From Callorhinchus milii (taxonomy: Eukaryota): 64,000 nt of DNA. The notes under the pieces were generated by a model. The model was not told where the DNA came from. It saw nothing but the letters and a program-made list of their open reading frames with translations, and did not search any database. Both the position numbers and the translations under genes were made by a program. Positions 24,625 through 38,008 of the stretch are shown here, one piece after another (position 1 is the first letter of the stretch; every line of letters starts with the position of its first letter). The stretch lies in the NCBI RefSeq assembly GCF_018977255.1, contig NW_024704742.1, positions 117,740,001 through 117,804,000 of the forward strand, written 5' to 3'.

Positions 24625-24950
24625 GGAGTCCTGTAGCTCAGTGGTTAGAGCACTCGCTTTGCAAGCGAGAGACCTGAGTTCAATTCCAGGCAGAGGGCGA
24701 AACCTTGGGCACTTTTCCTTACTCCGCACGCCTAAAATTAATCCCTCCATAACTAAAAACAATAATAAATTGGTCATTTTCAATCTACGACTGTTTGTGG
24801 GACATTGCTGTGCGCAATTGTCTGCCGCGTTCGCCCATAAAATATACAGTCAATTCACTTTACAGTGTGTTCTGTGAAGCGCTTTGGGACGTCCTCCCGA
24901 CGTGAAAAGCGCTATATCAAAATGCAAGGATTATTATTATTTTATTATTT
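24625..24950 (+). mobile_element. Full-length young tRNA-Ala-like SINE nested in a CR1 3' fragment
   Basis: Intact CTCGC-TTTGCAA-GCGAG anticodon arm. Flanks (24560-24622 and 24951-24975) rejoin into the CR1 3'UTR seen uninterrupted at 28250-28330. Confidence 0.9.
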
Positions 24951-25184
24951 ACAGTTCTCCCATCACAGTATCAAGATAAAGAGAGTGAAGGAAAGAAAAA
25001 CATCTAGCGCTCTGCAACTTTAAAGCTAGGTCCTTTTGTTTCACTGTATTGTTGCATCTTGAAGAATTGTTCAGAGTTTGCTTTTCCCAAGCCCCCCATG
25101 GTTGGGCCCAGAGACTTCAGTGGCCGAATTTGTTTTCAATGGCCAATCATGACATTTCAATGCAGTTTCATGGGCTATTAGTTG

Positions 25185-25555
25185 ACCCCAGTATGACAAC
25201 TCTCACCTCTGAGTCAGAAAGGTATGCTTTCAAGCCCCATGTCTGGACTTTGAAGTCCAACAGAGTGATTGGGAAGTGCCATATTATTTCAAGGTGCCAT
25301 TGTTCAGATGAGACATTAAATCGAGGTCCTGTCTACCTGTTCAGGTAGATTTTGAAAAGATCCCATGGAACTATTTGAAAAGAGAGGAAGTTGCTCCCCG
25401 GTGTCCAGGCAAATAATCCCTCAAATAATACATTGCTGTGTGCAAATTTGCTGCTGCACTCACCTATAACATTCAGTCACTCCACTTTACAATAAATCCA
25501 GTGAAGCGCTTTGAAAAATCCTCCTGATGTGAAAGATGCTATATTTATAATTATT
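25185..25555 (+). mobile_element. Deu-domain SINE (SacSINE1-like)
   Basis: ctcacctctgagtcagaaagg head, cctgttcaggtagattt...gatcccatgg core, L2-type tail. Confidence 0.8.
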
Positions 25556-26715
25556 ATATGACGGCTTTCATGCCAGGAGGAAGTTTCAAAACACTTCACA
25601 AGACTTACTGTAAAATGCAGTGACTGACTTTACAATTAAACACAGCAGCCAATTTGCACACAGCAATGTCCCATCAACATGAAGCGAGTGACCAATTTTA
25701 TCTGTGGTATTTTTGGTCAGGACCTCGTGAGAAACTTCCATCTCTTTTCAATGGGATTTTACATCCACTTGAACTGACAGGGTCTTGAGGCATGCTTTGA
25801 AGGAGGCAAGGGAGGGAGCGAGGCAAAGGGAATTTGGGATGGAGTTCCAGATGGTGGGGGTAGAGAGGCTGAATGCCCGACGCCGATGGTGGGGCGGGCC
25901 GGGTGGGAGACATGGAGCAGGCCGGAGTCTGCTGAGCAGAGGGAGCGGAGAGGTTGATAAGGGGTTAGCAAGTCAGAGAGGTAGGAAGGGGCAAGGCCTT
26001 GAAGGGCCTTGAAGGTGAGGACAGGATTTTGAACTTGATCCTCTGAGGGATGGGGAGCCAGTGGAGCCAGGATATGGGGATAAGGCAGGGTCAGGTTATT
26101 AGCTGTAGTTAGATTAGAAGATCAGCCATGATTGAATGGCGGGGCAGGCTCGAAGGGCCGAATAGCCTACTCCTGCTCCTACATGTTATGTTATGTTATG
26201 TTATGTTATGTTATGTTATGTTATGTTATGTTATGTTATGTTATGTTATGTTATGTTATGTGAGAGGGTGGGTGTGATGGGGTCACGGAGCCTGGTGTGG
26301 GAGAGGTCTCGAGCTGCAGAGTTCTGGATGATCTGCAGCTTGTGGAGGGAAGATTTGGGAAGTAGGGAGTTGGCATAGTCGAGCCTAGATGTAATGAAGG
26401 CATGCATGAGTGTTTCAGTGGCCTGAGGGGTGAGGCAGTGGTGGAGTTAGAAATGTTCCGGTGTCGGGCAATATAGTACCATATCATGTTGTTGAGACAT
26501 CTCAAAGTGCTTCACAGAATATATTGTAAAGGGAGTTGACTGTGTATTTTGTTTTAATGTCTCATCTAAAGTACGGCACCTCCAATAATGCCCGATTCAG
26601 TACTGCATTCAAGTGTCAGCGTAAACTATGTGAGTTCAAAATCCCAATATTGGGCTTGAACCCACAGATTTCTAACTCAGAAACAAAAATGCTACCAATT
26701 GAACCTGCATTGGAC
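25545..26715 (-). mobile_element. Deu SINE (-) interrupted by L2 (-, about 25781-26465), itself interrupted by a CR1 3' end (+, about 26070-26260)
   Basis: Each host element resumes collinearly after its insert. Confidence 0.75.
26183..26260 (+). repeat. (ATGTT)n microsatellite expanded from a CR1 tail
   Basis: About 15 perfect units directly after gaagggccgaatagcctactcctgctcctac. Confidence 0.95.
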
Positions 26716-28224
26716 AACTCAGAACCAACATTGGGCGTAACCATTCTGCCAAAGTTGAGGGTGGGGGAGAGGAGGATTTACATTCAGTTTGTCTTTAGGA
26801 ATACAGTATATGGAGAAAATGTCATTTTTCATAACAGATTTGATGTGGTAACTTCAAAATTCAAAGAAAATCTACCAAATATGGGCCATATTTACATATT
26901 GTAATCACAACTTCTGGTGGGAAAACTGCGATTAAGAAGCACATAATGGGATCAAATGATATTTTTGTGAATCATAATATTTCCCCTAGAGATCTCTTCC
27001 CTCTTGTGGTTTAATGTCACTATTGCTGCCAAGTGCACGAGTAGAGAGACAGAATGTTGTTTGGTTTCAGAACCCATTTATCTCAAATAATGACATCCAT
27101 TTCATCAGGGAGGGGACAAGAATGTTCACCAGGAAAAAAAATCTAGAGATTTATAAATAATAATAATATATTTGTTATGTGAAATTTAAGCAAGAAGCCT
27201 GTTTATTAATTAAAGTCAAAAGAGGGCTAACTATCAGAGGCCTGATATGTCTCTATCTCAAGGACTTAACTTTTAAGTTTTAAGATCATGCTGAATTTTG
27301 GAAAATTATTGAATCCAGTCTCAATCCTGCCAGGCATCAGGACAATCTTTAACTAGACCATATACTTTGTAGATTCCATGCTTCTTTGACAGATGATGCC
27401 CTAAAAATATTAAAAGTAAACTTTTTAAAGTTAAAAGCAGTTCTAGCGACCAGAATAAAAAAAATTATTTGCTCACTCTATTAAAAACAGAGAAAACAGA
27501 GAAAAGGATGTTGAACTAGATGTTGTTGTGAATTAGACTACTGTCCTGCAGATGTACAATGGAATTCAATGCTGCTTAATGTAATGAAAGGATATTCTGA
27601 GATGCCAATGTTGGCCAGGATCTGGTCCATAGCCCAAACACTAAACATAGTTTCAGCACAGGTTGGCAGTTTATACTGATGGGTGTGTGAGAAATGAAAA
27701 TGCCAGAATACTTCAGTGTGAGATAAGCGGTGCTCTTACATTGCATTTGAGTTGAGATGTATGAGGGCAATACATGAGGGTCTTCACTCTGCATTGAACC
27801 CATACCTGACCTGGGAATGTTGATGCTTACAATAAGTTCAGTTTCAAGAGAATACCATTCCCCAGAGATGGTATCCCTCACCTTGTTGAGCATAGTATTC
27901 ACTAAGAAAATAAGAAAGAAAAGCTAAAGCACTACATAAAAAAGGCAAAATAAGAGGATGAAACAAAGCAAGAGATGATCGAGGGAAACAAGAATATTTG
28001 GAAATCAAAGATAGAACAGAGAATGAGAGAAGTTTCTTGTCTTATCTGCCCGCTTCCATTTACTTTTTGTATATTTCTCCTTTTCTTACTCTTTTTATCT
28101 ATCTCGACCTTTTGCTGGTCAGTGTTCTATTTGCCCTTTCCATTTTTCTTCCTTTTTACTGTCTTGTATTTCCTTGCTTTAGCCTCTAATCTTCCACTTT
28201 TCTACTTTATATCTGTCAATTAAA

Positions 28225-28650
28225 AGTCACAAGATCACAAGATTAGGTTGGATGAAGAAGGCCCCTTGGCCAAACTGATCTCATCACTCCAGAATACCCA
28301 CCCTATCATCCTCTCATCACACGATCAAGCTGCTTTTTAAATGAATCCAGTTTCCTGTCCTCAACCAACCTTCCTCTCCATTGTTTCAGTCTTTGATTAC
28401 CCTCTGAATAAAGAAAAACTTCCTGATCTCTATCTGGAACCTGTCTACTGTCTTGGTGCATGTTAGAATATTGTTCTGGGTTTACTTTTACAATCCCATT
28501 TAGAATTTTATACACCTCTACACAGTAGCTTCTGAGTTGTCTTCTCTCGACTGAAGAACCCTAGTTGTCTAATTGTTGCTCATAGTTCATTCATTTGGGA
28601 TCATCCTCGTTGCCCTCTTCTGTACTGCCTCTCTTGCCCGGGCATCCCCC
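28225..28650 (-). mobile_element. CR1 LINE 3' portion
   Basis: Minus strand reads YKILNGIVKVNPEQY and SFKKQLD; CR1 3'UTR. Confidence 0.8.
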
Positions 28651-29703
28651 TTAGGTTGTGGTCATGTCTTTGTAGAAATCCAAGAGCATCCTGTATTTAG
28701 TGATTGTGACATGACTTTACACTATTACATGGAATCACTTCACAAATGAAAACATATTGCATTCAGGATTTATAACTGACAAACACATTTGCACCCTCAA
28801 TAAGACAGCCACAAAGCCAATACTCTGTCGAGTTCATTAGAAGGTGCGATTCAGACAATTTCCTCTCATGGAAGTTCAAACCAGTTCATTTATTGAATTA
28901 TTTTGAATTCACTTTCACTGGAGTGAATGGATTTGTTTGCAGTGGATTTGTTTCCACTTTATTGATTCAAATAGCTTGCGCTGAAAACCAAATCAATGGC
29001 AGCCTGGGAGGCTTCAGCGGCATTGAAACCTCCTGTAGTAGGTGATCTGCATTATGCCTGAATCAGAGCAGCATTGTTTATATCTGTTTGCACTTCCTCT
29101 TAACTGAGAACCAAGGACCCTGGTGCAGTTGTCGGCTAGAATGAAAAGAGTAGCAGAAAAACAGGACAAACGAAAAAGTGTTGAGACTGGTGGATGGAAG
29201 CAGGAGTGGGGATGAGAGTTCAAGGAAAAGTTTACATCAATGATTCAGAACATGAATTTATTGTCAGCAAACCCTCTCTCCAAACCCAGCACAGCTAAAT
29301 AAGCAGTGCAGACCCATCTTTGCTTCTAAGATGCAGTGGATGCATTTAAATACATGCTCTGAACTGCTGAGAAAGGGGAAATGTAAATTGAAAGAAACAG
29401 AACACAAAGCAGAAGGGAAAGGAAACATTCCTCATCAACACTCATTAAAATGGGTCAGCGATATTCTCTTGCTCACCTTTCCACGAAAGAAATAGGCACT
29501 CTAGCTTCTGATTTCAGTACTGAGAACTGGTGGGCTTCACACTTCAGACCCAGCAAAACACAATGGAGATGCTGAAAAAGGCAGAGCTGAGGCAACCAGC
29601 GAACAGGCCATTCTGAACTGAATGGTCTGTCTTAGGTGCCTGAGCAATGTTAAAGAGCAAACATAAGCACAACAGAAAACTTGTAATGAGAAAAAGGCAC
29701 ATT

Positions 29704-32245
29704 AACAACAACAACAACAAGATTTCATTTATAGAACGACTTTCACGTCGGGAGGATGTCCCAAGGCACTGGACAGTTGGGTCGGGACCCGAGCAGGGGG
29801 GAAATGGTCAGGGTGAGGGAAGGGAGGGAGCGAGGAGGGGGTAGAGAGTCGAGAGGAGAGCTGAAGGCACGGTCGAAGAGAAAGGTCTTGAGACCGGCCT
29901 TGAAGGAGGAAAGGGAGGAGGCAAGGCGAAGGCACTGGGGGATGGAGTTCCAGAGCCTAAGGGCTGAGAGGCTGAAGGCCCGGCCACCGATGATAGGGCG
30001 GTTAGGGCGGGGGATGTGGAGCAGACCGGAGCCAGAGGAACGGAGGGTACGGGCAGGTAAGTAGGGGGATAGTAGGTCGGAGAGGTAGGAGGGAGCAAGG
30101 CCGTGAATGGCCTTGTAGGTGAGGATCTTGAAATCAATCCTCTGGGGGATGGGGAGCCAGTGGAGGCGAGCGAGGGTGGGAGTGATGTGGTCACGAAGCC
30201 TGGTGCGGGACAGTACACGAGCTGCAGAGTTCTGAATGACCTGCAGCTTGTGGAGGGAGGTGCCGGGAAGGCCGGCGAGGAGAGAGTTCCCGTAGTCCAG
30301 CCTTGAGGTGATAAAGGCGTAGACCAGTGTTTCAGCAGCGTGAGGGGTGAGGTAGTGCCGTAGTCTAGCGATATTCCGGAGGTGATGGAAGGCGGTGCCA
30401 GTTGTGGCGCGGATATGAGGAAGAAAGGACAGCTCAGAATCGAACAGAATGCCGAGGTTCCTGACTGTCTTTGAGAGGTGGAGAGTGCAGCCTTGGATGC
30501 TGATGCTGTCAGCGCCTGAGGTGCGGAGGCGCTGACGTGAGCCAATCAGGAGGGCCTCAGTTTTGCGCACGTTGAGCTGAAGAAAGTTGTCTCTCATCCA
30601 GGACTCGATGTCGGACAGGCAGCTGTCAGGACATCGGTGGTCGTGGAGTTGAGGGTAGAGGAGGAAAGGTAGAGTTGGATGTCATCCACATACATGTGGA
30701 AGTTAACCCCATGTCTGCGGATGATGTCACCAAGGGGGAGCATATAGAGGGTGAAGAGGAGGGGACCGAGGCAGAGCCCTGAGAGGACACAGCGCGAGAC
30801 AATGCGGGGGCTGGAGGAAAAGCCGTTTGTGGAAACAAAAGAGGAGTCAGGATGTGGTAGAGAACAGAAGCCTGGGGTTGTTCTTCGCCTCCAGGATTAT
30901 CCTGGAGTAGAAGGACGACTTGGCCGAGGCTAGAGTGGAGCGGTAGATTTTGAGGAGGTCCAGCCAGATTTGACGGTGGACCGTTAAGGCCAGATTTGAG
31001 GCAGGTGCGTTCAGCGGCCCGCACCTGGCTCTTCAGTGAGCGGAGGTGGCTGGTGAACCAGGGGGAGGAGCGACAGTACGGGAGGTGATGGGGGCAAGAG
31101 TGTCGAGTGTGGAGGAGAGGGTGTTGTGGAAGAGGGTGAGAGCAGAAGAGGGGTCAGTGAGGGATGAAGGCCAGAGGGAGAGGAGTTCAGAGGACTCCAA
31201 GGCAGCGGTTAGGGATTGTGGGGGTAACTTCTTCCAGGGGTGGTAGAAGATGGTGGTGGGTCTGGTGGAGGTGGGGAGAGGGGTGGAGGTGGTGAAGGAG
31301 ATGAAGTGGTGATCAGAGACGGCCTTGTTGGTAATGGTGACATCCGAGACACTGAGGCCCCGGGTGATCACCAAATCGAGTGGATGGCCGTGACTGAGTG
31401 GCGGAGTTGATGTGGAGGGAGAGGTTGAGCGAGGAGAGCAGGGAGGAGAAGTCCGAGGAGATGGAGCAGGAGGGGGTGAAGTGCAGGTTGACGTCGCCCA
31501 GGATGATGAGGCAATCAGAGCAGAGGCAGAGAGATGTTAGTAGGGTAGAAATATCGGAGATGAAGGTGGGAGAGGTTTTAGGGGGTCGGTAGAGGAGGAG
31601 GATTTTAAGTGAGAGATAGGAGGGGTGGGAGAGGGTGAGGTGCTCAAAAGAGGGGAAAGAGCCAGAGGAATAGGGGGATAGGGCAAGTGGTATCCTTGAG
31701 ATAAGGGCTACACCACCGATGTGGAGGGAGCGGTTGACAGAAGGTGGAGAGGGAGGGGGTTCCAGGTTGTGAGACAGGGGTGGGGGGAATGGGGATGAGG
31801 GAGGAGAGGTTGGCTCCCCGGGTCTGTGTCCGGGGTAGCTGGCGAGTGTGGTGGGGAATGGGGCAGTCGGTGTGGCTGCTGCTGGACAGCCAACTCTGAG
31901 TGCCACGGTGAGCCCGGCGGAGGATTCCCAGGCTGGAGCAGAGGGAGGTTGTGAGAGGGTCAAGTGGGGATAGAAGACGAGGGGGACGGAGAGAGAAGAG
32001 GACAGAGCGGGAAAGATACAGAGGGGGGAGGGTCTGGGGGAGGGAGGAGGGGGGAAGTAGGGAGGGGGTGAGGGGGTGAGGGTCAGAGCGGCAGCCATAA
32101 TGTGCACACGGGGACCGGGAGTGAGCGGTCAGGTGGATGGCATCAGCCCATAGGCTAGGGCTGGGGCAGCCAACCCAACAGAACCATGGTGGTCCCTGAT
32201 GCGAGCCCTGGGGGGGCGCAAAGGTTTTTTTTTGTTGCGCGCGCA
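29704..32245 (-). mobile_element. Long (~2.5 kb) L2 LINE with APE endonuclease and RT remnants, internal deletions, non-functional
   Basis: GGVALIS, LLYRPP, IILGDVNLH, SDHHFISF (endonuclease); LGPLLFTLY...[10 protein letters not shown] (RT); open 284-aa C-terminal frame 29743-30597; (TTG)n tail. The DLS(A/T)AFDTVDH region is missing near 30850. Confidence 0.95.
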
Positions 32246-35200
32246 AACTCCTGAAACTAAACTATGACGACTATGACATTAAATTCACTTCCAAAGAGCT
32301 CCGAGGCGTTATCTTATGTGAAAGTGCTGTATCAAATGGAAGGATCTTTTTTAAGAACGCCCTATAAATACAACCTGTTGTTATAGTGTTGGGGAAAGAC
32401 TTTAAAATTTGGGGCTAATTTTGCTGGAAGAGAGGAAATGAAGTTGAGGTTTATTCAAGGTTTTTAAAATTATAAATGTTTATAAATGAGCAGCGGAAGA
32501 GATATGAGAAGAGATTCAATCCCTGAAAAAGGTTTTGTTATTCTCTACTTTCCTGTGCGCTGATGAAAGATCGCAGAGCGTGTAATTATATGAACTAGAA
32601 AATTGGGGTAGGCAGGTACATCGAAAGTGACCTTATACGGCCTGTCTTGTTTTCATGTTACAACCAAAAGAATGTAGGTTGGAGTGGTCTCTAGTCTCTT
32701 GTGGGTCTAAATTCCAATAAAACACCACTCAATCAATCAAGAAATACATAACCAGATATCAAAGTAAATCTAGCCCTGCAAAAAGCAGCAAGATAAAGCT
32801 TCAAGGCATTATGGATAACTAAAGTATCATTGGAAACATTGAAAGGATCAAACATAAGTAATTGGCTGACAGACAGTGATATATTAATGATCATTGTTGA
32901 GAAGGGGCTTGAGCAATCTGTGTTTAAATGTTACTAGAAGAAATAATAATAATAATAATAAATAGAAGAGTCATCTGAGTTAGCGCAACCTCTGAGCAGA
33001 GTTGTTTGAACTCCGTAAACTTGGAAGCATTTGGTTCCAATGGCCTCTAATGAGAAACACATAAAAATATTGACTTTTTTAAGTGATATTTTACAAAGGA
33101 CAATGTGAATTTCAGAATATAACTAAAAACAAATGAAATAGATGTCTTTTAAGAAATAATATCGTGGGATACAGTATATAGTTTGTGGATGACATTTCAT
33201 GAGGCTGCCAGGAAGGCGAACTGAATGGATCTCGTTTTTTTTTCATCTGGCAATTTTTATGCACTTATGTTATCATAACTGCTTGATTCGTCTCAAGTTT
33301 TACAACCCATATTTGAAATATTATAAGAATGATAACTACATTTGATGTAGTGGCGTATCACCTTGTCGAACCGTCTCAAAGCACTTCACAGGATTTACTG
33401 AAAAGTGTAGACTGTATGTTTGTGATAGAACACAGCAGTCAATTTTGAACACAACAATAATTCATCAAAAAATGTTTCTTGAATGTTTTAATGCAAGGAA
33501 CTTTTTTGATGCATTCGTTGCATTTTGATGCATTTAAAATATTCAAGGAATATTTTTTGATAATATTTTTAAAAATTCTAGATTTGAGGAGCTTGGACTG
33601 GAATAGAAAAGACAATATCTGTTTAACCGTCTGTCCATTTTGTCTATCAAAGTAAACAAAAGTCATTCACTACCATCTCATTTATATCTTTTAGTTGATT
33701 TGCTTGCCAAATAGCTATCCAATTCCCTTTTAAATTTGATTTCACAATGTGCCTCCTGGTCTATTCCTGGAATAGTGGTCTATTCCACATATTTCACTCT
33801 TTGTGTGAAGAGTTGCAGTTAAATCTAAACAGTCTGCTTACCTTTGGTCTTCTGACAGTCAGTCCATGTTCCCCCCCTTTTATAGAGCTTATGACGATGT
33901 TAAACATATCATCAGGGTTTAATTCATATATACCTATATATCTAACATATGAAGTATGAATGAAATGTAAACTTAAAGCCTGCTTTGCAAAGTGTAGGAT
34001 CTGCAACAAGTGTAAACATTACCATTTTAAACAAAAAAATGAGAACAAGATTTTACTGGCTGGGCCAATGGCTGAATATTTTCCATAGTGCCATTATTAA
34101 TCTAGCACTCATTTAAACCCATGATTATTCCACTTGCGTAGGTATTTGTCTAAATAATTTGAAACATATTTGGAAAGTGTGATGCCACTGAGTGGAATTA
34201 AATATTTCTTGATTTATTAACACATTAACATTCTGCTTGGACCTTGCACAGTGCAAATGTAGATCTGCAGGTACATGTGATCTGCTTGCTGCTTGGAAAA
34301 GATTTGCTTCATTATACTTACTGGAACTTGGTGTCCAGTTGTCTTCAGTCTTTTCACTTAAGAGTTCTCCAAAACAATAACTATAGATTATAAACTATAA
34401 ATCCTGTGTGATGGACTCTATATAAAATGTGTTGTTGTTTTACCTCACACACTATTACTGTCCTTAAATGCCAGTCACCCAAAATAAAGGTAAAGCATTT
34501 CCTTGAATTGCTATAACAAATTTAATTTTAATTGTTCAATGCTTTAATATGTCAATAGAATAGACAATCCTTTCCTATCTCTGATTTGAAAACACGAAAT
34601 GACTTTGGTTGTCTCTGCTTTAGTGTGTCACAAACCAGTGGCCATTCTAGTAAATCTCCTAAATCTGAAATAGAGTCATATTAAATAAATATGAAATAAA
34701 AGTCATATTGGCTGCTGCATTTGTCCACAAAATATACAGTCAATTCACTTTACAGTGAAGCACCTTGATTGTCTCAAAGATGTGATGAGGGGCTTTTTAA
34801 ATGCAAGGATTATTATATGTTAGGCAGCTCACATTGGCTGAAAGGAATATTATGCTTGGAGAACCAGCTACTAACCTGAAAATCCACTGTTTCCTCAGGA
34901 AGTATAAATAATAATATAATATTCCTTGCATTTGATATCGCGCTTTTCACAATAAACTGGGACTCTTAGATGCTTGTTAGATCAGGGAATGAACTAGTAT
35001 TAATTATCATTAGAAAATGGAATTTTAGTATTTTTCTTCTGCAATTTTTGGATTTGCCTTGCTATTAAAATGGTTCCAAAAGCTATTCGAACACCTTTTT
35101 GAGTTGAAAGAACCAAACAATAGACTTGCATGAGAGCCAATTTTCTCATGACTTTAAAAGGTTTGATTCGATTATGAAGAGCCATGAGCTTTATCAACCC

Positions 35201-35269
35201 AAACATAAAATGTAAATACCAATGGAGTATTTTAATTATCCACTATAGATCAGTGAAGTTTTATTGGCT

Positions 35270-35712
35270 GGGGTGTCAGCCTTGGTTAACTGGTAACACA
35301 CCTGTCTCTGTGTTAGAAAGTTGTGGGTTCAAGCTCCATGTCGGGACTTTGAACTCACATAGCCTAGGCTGATACTCGAGAACAGTGCTGGGGGAGTGCT
35401 GCATTGTCAAAGGAACCATTGTTTGGATAAGATGTTAAACCAGGATCCCATCTGTTTGTTCTGTTGGCCATCAAAGATCTCACGGCACTCTTTGAAAAAT
35501 GAAGGTAGTTTCTTCCAGTGTCCTGGCCAACAATCCCCCAGATAAAATTGGCCATTCACTTCACGGCTGGCTGTTCATGAAACATTGCTGTGCACAAATT
35601 GGCTGTTGTGTTCACATATAAAACACACAGTCAGCGATCCTGTGAAGTGCTTTGAGGTGTCCTTCCAAAGTGAAAGGCTCTATATCACATGGAAAGATTA
35701 TTATTATTTATT
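35270..35712 (+). mobile_element. Near full-length Deu-domain SINE (SacSINE1-like)
   Basis: gtgtcagccttggtt head, ttgtgggttcaagc B-box region, Deu core, (TTA)n tail. Confidence 0.8.
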
Positions 35713-36454
35713 ATAGGGTACGTTTTGCATGGTTTGTAGAAGGAGAAGCTTGATGGGTCAGATAGTCTTTTCTTATTCCTTGCTTTGTTGTTTTGAATTT
35801 TGAAACATGCAAAAGATAAAGTTGAATAAGAGCATCCTCAGCAATAGAGCTGTTCACCTTTAAAGTAGCAATATGTCCCTGTAGTAACTTATCCTATAGT
35901 TAGCTATGTATGTTTATAATATTTACTCTCTGATGATTCACCAACCTAACCTCTACCCCACCTCAAAAGAGAAAGGAATACATACAAAATTAATTCTAAT
36001 TTTGTTCATTTACCTCAAAAAAACAATGGGTCTGATGTTTGTCAGTTTGCCAAATGCAGTTTGCCGCTGTGCTGTGTAAGTCTTATAACAAAATAAATTG
36101 GCTCCAGTTTAGTGACTCTCTCTTTCCATAACACAAAATACAAGTCCCGGAATGATCTTTGTCAGTCTTCTTTGAATTAATTGTAATGATGTCCATTGAA
36201 TGGTAGAGTGCTGTTACTCCATATGAAACATGGATCATATCATGTCACATGCCACTTGAGTTAACCATCAAAGAAGCAAAGCTTGAACAAAGTATGTATA
36301 TGGAAATCATTGCCTTAAAGGGAACAAGGTAGTCTGATAATGAATAGGACTCTTAACATTACCAATGCTCTTACCCTTCATAGGGGAAAGAATACTAAGG
36401 ATTTATGATCATTAGGGAAGTTGTTCAAAGTGTGGTATCAGTCTACTCAAATCT

Positions 36455-37010
36455 TCATTACATTGAGGCTTGACTATGCAAACTCACTGCTTGTCGGCCT
36501 TCCCAAACTCCTCCCTCCACAGGCTGCAGATCATCCAGAACTCTGCAGCCCGTGTCCTCTCTCGCACTAGGCTCTGTGACCCTATCACCCCCATCCTTGC
36601 CCAACTCCACTGGCTTCCCATCACACAGAGGATACTGTTCAAGATCCTGGTCCTCACCTTCAAAGCCCTCCATATCTTGCTCCCTCTAACTCTGTGACCT
36701 CCTAACCCCCTACCATCCTGTTCGTTCCTCCACTCAGCGGGCTCCGGCCTACTTCACATCCCCCACTTTGCTCGCCCCACTATCGGCAGGCGGGCCTTCC
36801 GCCACTCTGCACCCACCCCCTGGAACTCCATCCTGCAGTCCCTTCATCTCGCCCTCCCTCGCCACCTTCAAGACCCACCACAAGACCTCCCTCTTCGACC
36901 GTGCTTTCGATCTCCCTCAGCTCGGGTCCGTAACTCTGTCTGTCCAGCACCTTGGGACGTCCTCCTGACGTGAAAGGCGCTATACAAATGTAATTTTGCT
37001 GTTGTTGTTA
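36455..37010 (+). mobile_element. L2 LINE 3' portion
   Basis: [25 protein letters not shown], tail. Confidence 0.9.
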
Positions 37011-37354
37011 GTCATATAGGTGGAAGGAGGAGAGGAAACTAAAGGTTTTATATTTAGAGCAGAGTTCTCCGTTATTTTGTATCAGTGGGAGGTATACCCC
37101 CGTTTCTGCTCAGTGACTTTGAAGCCATAAGAGATCACAAGAGAGATCAGTTAATTCCTATTATATTATCCACTTTACTGTCCTTCACGTGGCAACATTA
37201 AGCTGTTTCTTAAATGCGTCCAGTGTACTGGCTTCTACCACCCTTCCAAGTAAACAGTTCCTGCTGTTGATTACCTTCTACTAAAGCAATGCTTCCTTGT
37301 GTCTGTCCTAAAATTGCCCTTCATAACCCTAAACCTGTATTATTTTGTCCTGCT

Positions 37355-38008
37355 TTCTTGGCCTATCGGTGGACACCGATCTGCTTCAGTTCTTCCACAC
37401 TTCCCACCCCACCATTGGCAGTCGGGCATTTAGCATCTCTGCCCCCACGCTCTGGAACTCTATCCCACAATCCCTCAGCCTCACCCCCTCTCTTGCTTCC
37501 TTCAAATCCCGTCTGAAAACCTTCCTCTTCCATCATCAATCACCCCCACCCCCACTGCCCTCCTCCCCTTCTGACACCAACTCCCAGCTTGGGTCCAAAA
37601 CCCCTGATTGTCCAGCGCCCTGGGACGTCTTTAATAATAATAATAATAATTCTTGCATTTGATATAGCGCTTTTCACGTCTTCTAGACGTCTCAAAGCGC
37701 TTCACAGAATATGCTGTAAAATGAATGTATGTTTGTGGGCGAAATGCGGCAGCCAATTGCGCACAGCAGTGTCTCAAACAATCATGGATTGAAAATGACC
37801 AATTTATTATTGTTTTTATTGTTTTGTTTTTGGAGGGATTATTATTAGGCATGTGGAGTAAGGAAACTTGTCCAAGATTTTGCCCTGCCTGGAATTGGAC
37901 CCAGGTGTCTCGCTTGCAAGGTGAGTGCTCTAACCACTGAGCTACAGGACTCCACATGTAGGACATCTGACATGAAGGGCGCAATACAAGTGTAATTTGT
38001 TGTTGTTG
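37355..38008. mobile_element. L2 3' end (+) split inside its terminal stem-loop by a full-length tRNA SINE (-, 37632-37955)
   Basis: gggacgtctt | SINE | ...ctgacatgaagggcgcaatacaagtgtaatttgttgttg; compare the intact tail at 23144-23198. Confidence 0.88.

Noticed and set aside
24625..24700. tRNA-Ala(TGC)-like cloverleaf (also at 10501, 37880, 46525, 50195)
   Set aside because: Each is the head of a SINE, followed by the same body and (ATT)n tail; not a tRNA gene.
26741..26755. cattctgccaaagt shared with about 45614-45627
   Set aside because: Too short, and the flanks do not extend convincingly.
29743..30597. 284-aa ORF as a host gene or active reverse transcriptase
   Set aside because: It is the C-terminal remnant of a deleted, frameshifted L2 ORF.
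29808..32246. Long Pro/Ser-rich and antisense Gly/Arg-rich ORFs overlapping L2 copies
   Set aside because: Artefacts of the C-rich, stop-poor L2 composition.
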